DNA from: Eledone cirrhosa
Lineage: Eukaryota
Assembly (NCBI GenBank): GCA_964016885.1
Contig: OZ024743.1
Span: forward strand, 305,846,001-305,910,000
DNA: 64,000 nt
Direction of reading: 5' to 3'
Each line of letters opens with the position of its first letter. Position 1 is the stretch's first letter. The position numbers and the translations under genes were made by a program. This document shows, one piece after another, positions 44,901 to 53,744 of this stretch. The notes beneath the pieces are model-generated. The model saw only the letters and a list, made by a program, of their open reading frames with translations. It did not search any database and was not told the DNA's origin.

Positions 44901-47900
44901 TAGGTTCAGTATATATACCTTAGAGAACAGAGATGGTCTATATCTCTAGGTACAGTATATATACCTTAGAGAACATAGATGGTCTATATTTCTGGGTACA
45001 GTATGTTTACCCTAGAGAACAGAGATAGTCTATATCTCTAGGTACAGTATATTTACCCTAGAGAAGAGAGATGGTCTATATCTCTAGGTACAGTGTAAAT
45101 ACCCTAGAGAACAGAGATGGTCTATATCTCTAGGTACAGTATATATACCTTAAAGAAGAGAGATGGTCTATATCTCAAGCTACAGTATATATATACGCTA
45201 GAGAACAGATTTGGTCTATATCTCTAGGTATAGTATATATACCTTAAAGAACAGAGATGGTCTATATGTCTAAGTACAGTGTATATACCCTAGAGTACAG
45301 AGATGGTCTATATCTCTAGGTACACTATATATATCCTAGAGAACAGAGATGGTCTATATGTCTAGGTACAGTATATATACCATAGAGAACAGAGATGGTC
45401 TATATCTCTTGGTACACTATTTATACCCTAGAGAACAGAGATGGTCTATATGTCTATGTACAGTAGATATACACTAGAGTACAGATGGTCTATATCTCTA
45501 GGTACAATATATATACTCAGGAGAACAGAGATGGTCTATATGTCTATGTACAGTAGATATACACTAGAGAACAGATGGTCTATATCTCTAGGTACACTAT
45601 ATATACCCAGGAGAACAGAGATGGTCTATATCTCTAGGTACTATATATATACCTTAGAGAACAGAGATGGTCTATATGTCTAGGTACCGTATATATACCT
45701 TAGAGAACAGAGATGTCTATATCTCTAGGTACATTATATATACCTTAGAGAACAGAGATGGTATATATCTCTAGGTACCCTAGAGAACAGAGATTGTCTA
45801 TATGTCTAGGTACAATACATATACCTTAAAGAAGAGAGATGGTCTATATCTCTAGGTACAGTATATAGAGCTTAGATAACAGAGAAGGTCTATATCTCTA
45901 GGTACAGTATATATACCTTAGAGAACAGAGATGGTCTATATCTATAGGTACAGTATATATACCCTAGAGAACAGAGATAGTCTATATATCTAGGTACAGT
46001 GTATATACCCTAGAGAACAGATATGGTCTATATGTCTAGGTACAATATATATACCCTAGAGAACAGAGATGGTCTATATATCTAGGTACACTATATATAC
46101 GCTAGAGAACAGATATGGTCTATATGTCTAGGTACAGTATATATACCTTAGAGAACAGAGATGGTCTATATGTCTAGGTACAGTATATATACCTTAGAGA
46201 ACAGAGATGGTCTATATGTCTAGCTACAGTATATATTCCCTAGAGAACAGAGATGGTCTATATCTCCAAGTACAGTAAATATACCTTAGAGAACAGAGAT
46301 GGTCTATATCTCTAGGTACAGTATATATACCCTACAGAATAGAGATGGTCTATATATCTAGGTACACTACATACACCCTGGAGTACAGAGACAGTCTATA
46401 TCTCTAGGTACAGTATATATACCTTAGAGAACAGAGATGGTCTATATGTCTAGGTACAATATATATAGCTTAAAGAAGAGAGATGGTCTATATCTCTAGG
46501 TACAGTAAATATACCTTAGAGAACAGAGATGGTCTATATCTCTAGGTACACTATATATACGCTAGAGAACAGAGATGGTCTATAAGTATAGGTACAGTAT
46601 ATATACCTTAGAGAACAGAGATGCTCTATATCTCTAGGTACAGTATATATACCTTAGAGAACAGAGATAGTCTATATCTCTAAGTACAGTATATATACCT
46701 TAGAGAACATAGATAGTCTATATCTCTAGGTACAGTATATATACCTTAAAGAAGAGAGATGGTCTGTATCTCTAGGTACAGTATATATAGCTTAAAGAAG
46801 AGAGATGGTCTATATATCAGGTACAGTATATATACCTTAGAGAACAGAGATGGTCTATATCTCTAGGTACAGTATATATACCTTAGAGAACAGAGATGGT
46901 CTATATGTCTAGGTACAGTATATATACCCTAGAGAACAGATTTGGTCTATATCTCTAGGTACAGTATATATACCTTCTAGAACAGAGATGGCCTATATCT
47001 CTAGGTACAGTATATATACCCTAGAGAACAGAGATGGTCTATATCTCTAGGTACAGTATATATACCTTAGAGAACAGAGATGGTCTCTATGTCTACATAC
47101 AGTATATATACCTTAGAGAACAGAGATAGTCTATATCTCTAGGTACAGTATATATACCTTAGAGAACATAGATTGTCTATATCTCTGGGTACAGTATGTT
47201 TACCCTAGAGAACAGAGATGGTCTATATCTCTAGGTACAGTATATATACCCTAGAGAAGAGAGATAGTCTATATCTCTAGGTACAGTATATATACCCTAG
47301 AGAACAGAGATGGTCTATATCTCTACGTACAGTATATATACCTTAGAGAAAAGAGATCGTCTATATCTCTAGGTACAGTATATATACCTTAGAGAACAGA
47401 GATGTTCTATATATCTAGGTACAGTATATATACCCTAGAGAACAGATTTGGATATATCTCTAGGTACAGTATATATACCTTAGAGAACAGAGATGGCCTA
47501 TATCTCTAGGTACATTATATATACCCTAGAGAAGAGAGATGGTCTATATCTCTAGGTACAGTATATATACCCTAGAGAAGAGAGATGGTCTATATCTCTA
47601 GGTACAGTATAAATACCCTAGAGAACAGAGATGGTCTATATCTCTAGGTACAGTATATATACCTTAGAGAACAGAGATAGTCTATATGTCTAGGTACAAT
47701 ATATATACCTTAAAGAAGAGAGATGGTCTATATCTCTAGGTACAGTATATATACCTTAAAGAACAGAGATGGTCTATATGTCTAGGTACAGTGTATATAC
47801 CCTAGAGAATAGAGATGGTCTATATCTCTATGTACACTATATATATCCTAGAGAACAGAGAAGGTCTATATCTCTAGGTACAGTATATATACCATAGAGA

Positions 47901-48101
47901 ACAGAGATGGTCTATATCTCTAGGTACACTATATATACCCTAGAGAACAGAGATGGTCTATATGTCTAGGTACAGTATATATACCCTAGAGAACAGAGAT
48001 GGTCTATATGTCTAGGTACCGTATATATACCTTAGAGAACAGAGATGGTATATATCTCTAGGTACCCTAGAGAACAGAGATGGTCTATATGTCTAGGTAC
48101 A
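26910..48101. repeat. About 10.6-kb higher-order tandem duplication within the satellite (copy 1 about 26910-37528, copy 2 about 37529-48101)
   Basis: Rare variant monomers recur at a 10,573-bp offset (identical spurious 80-aa ORFs at 31156/41729 and 34868/45441). Near the start the offset is 10,619 bp (CTACAGAATAG at 26921/37540) because copy 2 lacks one monomer at about 37870. Boundaries are approximate. Confidence 0.9.
29020..36513. repeat. 3,712-bp higher-order tandem duplication (about 81 monomers, 2 copies), nested in the 10.6-kb unit and repeated at about 39590-47090
   Basis: TCAACCTACA at 29371 and 33083, and the 80-aa ORF at 31156/34868 and 41729/45441, all at a 3,712-bp offset. Boundaries are approximate. 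Confidence 0.9.
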
Positions 48102-48825
48102 ATATATATGCCTTAGAGAACAGAGATGGTCTATATCTCTAGGTACAGTATATATAGCTTAGAGAACAGAGAAGGTCTATATCTCTAGGTACAGTATATA
48201 CACCTTAGAGAACAGAGATGGTCTATATCTCTAGGTACAGTATATATGCCTTAGAGAACAGAGATAGTCTATATGTCTAGGTACAGTGTATATACACTAG
48301 AGAACAGAGATGGTCTATATGTCTAGGTACAGTATATATACCCTAGAGAACCGAGATGGTATATATCTCTAGGTACACTATATATACGCTAGAGAACAGA
48401 TATGGTCTATATCTCTAGGTACAGTATATATACCTTAGAGAACAGAGATAGTCTATATCTCTAGGTACAGTATATATACCCTACAGAATAGAGATGGTCT
48501 ATATCTCTGGCTACACTACATATACCCTGGAGTACAGAAATGGTCTATATCTCTAGGTACAGTATATATACCTTAGAGAACAGAGATGGTCTATATGTCT
48601 AGGTACAATATATATACCTTAAAGAAGAGAGATGGTCTATATCTCTAGGTACAGTAAATATACCTTAGAGAACAGAGATGGTCTATATCTCTAGGTACAC
48701 TATATATACGCTAGAGAACAGATATGGTCTATAAGTCTAGGTACCGTATATATACCTTAGAGAACAGAGATGCTCTATATCTCTAGGTACACTATATATA
48801 CCTTAGAGGACAGTGATAGTCTATA

Positions 48826-49590
48826 CCGAACAAAATATAATATTTTCACCAAAAACTGCCCTTTAAACACATGTCAGATGGATTACAATATTCATTATCA
48901 CAATCACTTTCACTGTTCCCTGACAACTAGTACCAGTTTCAAGATAGAATTATTTTAACGAAGTATATATAATTTGACTTGATTTTCGCCAACAAACCAC
49001 GTGTGGACATGGACGGGGAAAAAAGAAAAAAAAAAAAAAAAAATCACTACGTCCCTTAAGGATCGCAGTAAGTACTCCACAAAACATATAAACAACAATA
49101 TACACACAGATTTATATACAGATACATACCATATGCATATACACACACGTGAAAAGAAACCACACTATTTCGTGTGAGACACTATACCGGCCAATTTTAC
49201 CAATTTACATTGGTAAAATATTTCTTAACATTGACCTCGCTTCTAACCCACATACACCTTTTAATTATATATATATACTAGCAGCTGAAAGTTAATAATT
49301 TGGAAAAAAAAAAATATTATTGAAAGTTTACTATAAAGAAGCAGTATCAGGGGAAAAAAAAACAAAAAAAAACCTTATTTCGCTGTTAATAAACAACTGC
49401 CTTCTACAGTACGTTTCATTTAACTTACGCAGCATATTTATTTGTTTACATGTAATGTAATTCAGACTCTTCTGTACACACACAACATTTAGGAAAACGG
49501 AAACAAAATACACAAAAAAGCAGACATTTTATTTCTATCGTAATCAAGTGCGCTAAACCTATATTGTTTACATTCTGTGTTTTTCTACGG
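48826..49590 (+). promoter_or_regulatory. Putative LINE 5' UTR / internal promoter region (part may be 5'-transduced sequence)
   Basis: Non-coding AT-rich sequence between the satellite junction and the ORF1 ATG, with A-runs at about 49019-49043, 49304-49314 and 49354-49372. The promoter role is inferred from general LINE biology only. Confidence 0.5.
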
Positions 49591-50889
49591 ATGGGTAGAA
49601 ATAACAAAATTGCCATGGTGATATCCATCGATGAAATATGCGACAAAACCGGCCGATGTCCCAAGATAGAACATTGCCCAGAAAATCACATCTGCCATAT
49701 CTGTGCGGAACCCGAAAACTCGTTCCGTAATCGCTGGGTCGAATGTGGAACCTGTCGCATCTCTGTCTGCCTTCAATGCGCCACAGGCTTCCGGAGGATC
49801 CCAGGCCAAAAAAAGAGACATCATAATGCTATGATGGATGGAATATGGGAGATAGTCCAGCTAAAATCCTGGTCCTTTCAGTGTCTGGCCTGTGTGCCTG
49901 CCTCCACGAATGTTATTAATGTTATTGAAAAACAACAACAACAACAAAAACCAATGACTGTGTCTTCCTCTACCATTGTTACTGAACAACGGCAAAAACC
50001 TATGACACTGGCTTCTACTGTTATTCCTGTGGGAGAACATCAGAAACAACAACAACCCATGTCTTCCACTCCCAGTACATCTCGACACCAACAACTGGTG
50101 ACTGTGTCTTCCCCTAACATTCCCGTGGAGGAACATCATCATCACCAACAACAACAACAGCAACAACCTGCGACTGTGTCCTCCCCTGCCATTCCCGTGG
50201 AGGAACATCATCACCAACAACGACAGCAGCAGCAGCAACAACAACAACAACAACAACCGACCAGTACAGATTTTGCGGAACTGCAACTAATGATTTCTGC
50301 TCTGAGAAAGGAAGTTGCAGGAATAGAGGCAAGCATTCGGGTAGGACCCCACAATGAGGGGTCTTATCGGAATGCCTTGCTAAAGAATCTCCCTGTACCT
50401 CTTGCTGGAAAGACTGAAAAGACTGCGGAATCTGCTACCCATGAAGTGATTGCCATTGGGGTACCAGAGGACAAGGCCGATCTTCAGGCATTTGCTGCCA
50501 GCTCGGCCAAAGACCTAGGCTGTGTTCCCCCAAAGGGTGCCCTCCGCCTTGGTCGACCTGGTCCAAAACCCAGACTCATCAGGCTGTCTTTCTCGGACCC
50601 CGCAGAGGCAACCTCATATCATCTGGCCTCTGCTAAAGCTGGGCGTGAAAATCGGATTACCTTCCGAACACGCCCAGGCCTACCACCCCATGTACGTCCA
50701 AAACTACGTGCTGCAGCTTCCTTGAATCGGAACTCAGCACAAGATGAAAGTTTCAGTCTGCGTGATGATGGGCAGATCTGGAGGTTTGTCAAGGCTGGTG
50801 AAACGTGGAAGAGAGATACCAGCTGGTCTGAGTGTGATCTACCCACAATAACTGGCAATGTAAAAACTGCTACAACTCTTGTAAACTAA
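49591..50889 (+). CDS. LINE ORF1 protein (432 aa from the first ATG): PHD-like zinc finger, Q/H-rich repeat linker, coiled coil, RRM-like RNA-binding domain
   Basis: Open frame (the track starts at TTG 49564; first ATG is 49591). Motifs: CHIC-x13-CGTC-x4-CLQC-x34-CLAC with PHD-type W-V-E-C and W-x-F-x-C; heptad-like FAELQLMISALRKEVAGIEASI; VIAIGVPE...RLG...PRLIRLSF, resembling the RRM of CR1/L2/L1 ORF1p. Confidence 0.9.
   Translation: MGRNNKIAMVISIDEICDKTGRCPKIEHCPENHICHICAEPENSFRNRWVECGTCRISVCLQCATGFRRIPGQKKRHHNAMMDGIWEIVQLKSWSFQCLACVPASTNVINVIEKQQQQQKPMTVSSSTIVTEQRQKPMTLASTVIPVGEHQKQQQPMSSTPSTSRHQQLVTVSSPNIPVEEHHHHQQQQQQQPATVSSPAIPVEEHHHQQRQQQQQQQQQQQPTSTDFAELQLMISALRKEVAGIEASIRVGPHNEGSYRNALLKNLPVPLAGKTEKTAESATHEVIAIGVPEDKADLQAFAASSAKDLGCVPPKGALRLGRPGPKPRLIRLSFSDPAEATSYHLASAKAGRENRITFRTRPGLPPHVRPKLRAAASLNRNSAQDESFSLRDDGQIWRFVKAGETWKRDTSWSECDLPTITGNVKTATTLVN
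49930..50260 (+). repeat. In-frame degenerate minisatellite and (CAA/CAG/CAT)n tracts inside ORF1
   Basis: About 4-5 related units encoding (P)xTVSSxxIPVEEHHHQQQQ; GACTGTGTC(T/C)TCCCCT..CATTCCCGTGGAGGAACATCATCA occurs at about 50100 and about 50172. Confidence 0.9.
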
Positions 50890-50945
50890 ACCAGAACAAC
50901 CTGCCACCCTCTACACACCATCATAAACTGCGAGCAGGGTACAAA

Positions 50946-53711
50946 TTGTTGTCCTTAAATGCTCACAGTTTATGCAACAAGATACATCTGTTCGAATCCT
51001 ACGTCAGAAGCATCGACCCTGACTTCATCACAGTCACGGAAACATGGGCACATTCCTTACTCTGTGATGGGGTTTTCACCATTACTGGGTACAACCTTTT
51101 CCGCAAGGACCGCATTAACCGCCGTGGTGGTGGTGTGATGGTCTACGTTCGTTCAAACTTTTCGGTAATTCCTTGCGTTGATTTGAACGAATCACAGGAA
51201 GAAGTTTTTTTCTGTGACATACGTATGACCATGTCAACACTTCTGCTTGGTGTTGTTTATCGCCCCCCAAACTACCATCAGGACACACAGCTTTGCGATA
51301 TCCTCAGAGTTGCTGCCAAGAAAACAGCCACTTATGTGTTTATTGCAGGTGACTTCAATCATCCTGAGATCGATTGGGAAACCTTTCGTTGGCCACAGGG
51401 TGCAAACGATTTCCTTGAACTAGTGCTGGACTCAAACTGGTCACAAGTAGTCACCTCTCCAACAAGAGGTGACAACACTTTGGACCTGATCTTCACCACT
51501 ACTCCTGAAGTGGTTATCAGTTGTACTACTGAGGAACCTCTAGGCGACTCTGATCATGCTATGATCATTGCCAATCTGGCACTTGAGGGCAGCAACAAAA
51601 ACCAGAGCCATCTCCAATCTGCTTGCTTTGATTGGAAGAGGGCAGATTGGAACTTGTACTGCACTGAGCTACAGCGCCCAAACTGGCATGAGATGTATAA
51701 CTCTGGAGATGTGAACTCTATACTCCAGAGCATCCTGGACTCAATATGGATAGCGTGTGCAGCATCAGTGCCACGGAAGCGGAAAAATAACCACCCCAAA
51801 AGTGCAATCTGGGAAACTTCAGCAGTCCGACTTGCCAGGAAAGAACGTCGGAACGCTGAACGGGAATATAAACTGCATAGATCAGATGCCAACAGAAAAA
51901 AGCGGAATAAATCTTCTAACCATCTCAAGCAAGTGACAAAGAAGGCAGTGCTTGAATTTGAACAGTGCATCGCAACCAATCCCGACAGTAAGGTGTTCTG
52001 GAAATATGTTCATTCAAAGCAGAGACCTCACTCTCCAGTTGGTCCTCTTCGCAATCCCCACACAAGCCAGATCACTGACGATCCCAAGGAATGCGCAGAA
52101 CTCATTGCTGAGTGCTATGCAAGTATTTTTACTGTTGAAAACCAGAATGTACCATCTCCACCATCTCTAACATCAAATTCCATAACAACTATGGAATTTA
52201 CACCTGCAATGTTGCGACGTCACCTTAAGAATAAGCGCAACTATGCCTCCCCTGGTCTTGATGGTGTGACATACCTGCTTCTCAAACGTGGCGGGGATTT
52301 CCTTTTGCGCCAGCTTTCTTTTTTCTTTCAATACTGTCTCAGCAATGGTGCTACTCCAGAGCAGTGGAAAACTGCCAGTGTCATTCCCCTGTTCAAAAAG
52401 GGCAACCGCATGTCACCTGTCAACTATCGTCCAGTCAGTCTTACTAGCTGTATGGCCAAACTGATGGAATCCTGTGTCAGAGAAACACTTTGGAACTTCT
52501 GGAGCTCTCACAGCCTCATCCGGCCCTCACAGTTTGGATTTATCCCTAACTCCAGCTGCTGTGATCAGCTTATCGAGTTCCTTGAGGACATCACCCGGAT
52601 CACTGACAGCGGCTCATGGGTGGATGTTGTTTACCTTGACTTTGCTAAGGCTTTTAATTCTGTGCCACACAAAAGACTTATGGCAAAACTCTCTGCAATG
52701 GGTGTGAGGGATGATCTTTTCGACTGGCTGAAATCCTTCATTCTCAGCCGAAAGGAAGTAGTCACAGTTCTAGGACAGCATTCTTCACCATATGAGATGT
52801 CATCTGGTGTACCACAGGGATCTGTTCTTGGTCCTCTTTTGTTTGTGGCATATATTAATGACATAGATGCCAACTTACAGAATGCCACGGTACTAAAATA
52901 TGCAGATGACATCAAGCTGTACCTTGAAATCAAAAGGACTGATCCTGAAATTTACAACTCTTTCCTACAATCAGACCTGGACACAATGCAGCAATGGATC
53001 ACAGACTGGCAACTGAAGCTGGCTGTGGACAAGTGTACCACCATGCATTTTGGAAGGAAAAATCCAGCGTCCACATACTCCCTCCACAACACTGACATCA
53101 AAAAGTCCTCTTGTGAACGTGACCTGGGCATTACTGTCAGCAACGATTTGCGTTGGACAAAGCATGTCTCTAAGATTGTCAAGAAGGCCGAGGGTGTCTT
53201 GGCATCACTCAGCAAGACCTTTGTTAGCCGCTCTCCAGCCATCTATTTAAAACTGTATACAGCTATGGTGCGACCACACTTGGAATTCGCATCATCAGTC
53301 TGGAACCCCTATCTTGCTCGGAACATTGACCTCCTGGAAACTGTTCAGAGACGTGCAACCAAGCGCATACCCTCCATCAGACACCTACCATACTCTGAAC
53401 GCCTTGCTTCCCTGGGCATGGATTCATTGAAGCTCCGACGTCTGGCAGTGGACTTGGTGAATACCCACAAAGTTTTTAACCATCTCGCCAACTGCAACCC
53501 TGAGCGCCTCTTTGATCTCCATGTATCTAACACACGTGGACATGCCTACAAGATAAGAAAACAGCACAGCTCCCATGACTTTCGCAGACATTTTTTCACG
53601 CTCAGAGTTGCTGAAACATGGAACAAACTGCCTGCGTCAATTGTTAGCTGCCGAGACACTGCATCCTTTAAGACACTCATGCTTCCCGAAATACGCCAAA
53701 ACTACACCTGA
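50946..53711 (+). CDS. LINE ORF2 polyprotein: apurinic-like endonuclease + reverse transcriptase (921 aa from TTG; the frame is open from 50838)
   Basis: APE motifs LNAHS, TETW, DR..RRGGGV, VYRPP, GDFN, TR....LDLIF, SDH. RT motifs SPGLDG, WK.A.V.PLFKKG, NYRPVSLTS, QFGF, LDFAKAF, GVPQGSVLGPLLF, YADD (52899-52910). CR1-type C-terminus LYTAMVRPHLEFASSVWNP, VQRRATK, TRGH, WNKLP. No internal stops or frameshifts. Confidence 0.97.
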   Translation: MLSLNAHSLCNKIHLFESYVRSIDPDFITVTETWAHSLLCDGVFTITGYNLFRKDRINRRGGGVMVYVRSNFSVIPCVDLNESQEEVFFCDIRMTMSTLLLGVVYRPPNYHQDTQLCDILRVAAKKTATYVFIAGDFNHPEIDWETFRWPQGANDFLELVLDSNWSQVVTSPTRGDNTLDLIFTTTPEVVISCTTEEPLGDSDHAMIIANLALEGSNKNQSHLQSACFDWKRADWNLYCTELQRPNWHEMYNSGDVNSILQSILDSIWIACAASVPRKRKNNHPKSAIWETSAVRLARKERRNAEREYKLHRSDANRKKRNKSSNHLKQVTKKAVLEFEQCIATNPDSKVFWKYVHSKQRPHSPVGPLRNPHTSQITDDPKECAELIAECYASIFTVENQNVPSPPSLTSNSITTMEFTPAMLRRHLKNKRNYASPGLDGVTYLLLKRGGDFLLRQLSFFFQYCLSNGATPEQWKTASVIPLFKKGNRMSPVNYRPVSLTSCMAKLMESCVRETLWNFWSSHSLIRPSQFGFIPNSSCCDQLIEFLEDITRITDSGSWVDVVYLDFAKAFNSVPHKRLMAKLSAMGVRDDLFDWLKSFILSRKEVVTVLGQHSSPYEMSSGVPQGSVLGPLLFVAYINDIDANLQNATVLKYADDIKLYLEIKRTDPEIYNSFLQSDLDTMQQWITDWQLKLAVDKCTTMHFGRKNPASTYSLHNTDIKKSSCERDLGITVSNDLRWTKHVSKIVKKAEGVLASLSKTFVSRSPAIYLKLYTAMVRPHLEFASSVWNPYLARNIDLLETVQRRATKRIPSIRHLPYSERLASLGMDSLKLRRLAVDLVNTHKVFNHLANCNPERLFDLHVSNTRGHAYKIRKQHSSHDFRRHFFTLRVAETWNKLPASIVSCRDTASFKTLMLPEIRQNYT

Positions 53712-53744
53712 TGTGCCCCTTCCATACACATGCACACATGTGTG

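Larger units (their letters stand above)
1..48825. repeat. 46-bp tandem satellite DNA array, left arm (about 1,060 monomers; continues beyond the window start)
   Basis: Continuous head-to-tail copies of AGTATATATACC(T/C)TAGAGAACAGAGATGGTCTATATCTCTAGGTAC (positions 1-46 are one consensus unit). Most copies carry 0-3 substitutions, with occasional 35-, 44-, 45- and 48-bp indel variants. Ends at ...GATAGTCTATA (48825). Confidence 0.99.

Noticed and set aside
31156-45683. Four identical 80-aa ORFs
   Set aside because: Satellite translation artefacts; they recur only because of the 3.7-kb and 10.6-kb duplications and are useful only as markers.
1-48825. CRISPR-like array of short palindromic repeats
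   Set aside because: No unique spacers, no cas genes, and the context is eukaryotic (LINE).
48770-49824. Short ORFs across the left junction and 5' leader (62-79 aa)
   Set aside because: Low-complexity, poly(A/T)-derived or junction-spanning, with no domain signal.
49861-50332. Minus-strand poly-Leu and poly-Val ORFs resembling membrane proteins
   Set aside because: Antisense shadows of the CAA/CAG repeats in ORF1.
50855-50889. Canonical -1 slippery heptamer at the ORF1/ORF2 overlap
   Set aside because: A_AAA_ACT and T_GTA_AAC do not fit X_XXY_YYZ, so no site is annotated; frameshifting remains only a hypothesis.
50946-53711. Prokaryotic RT system (retron, group II intron, DGR), LTR/Penelope element or telomerase
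   Set aside because: An N-terminal APE domain and CR1-type C-terminus, with no protease, integrase, RNase H or GIY-YIG, identify a CR1-group LINE.
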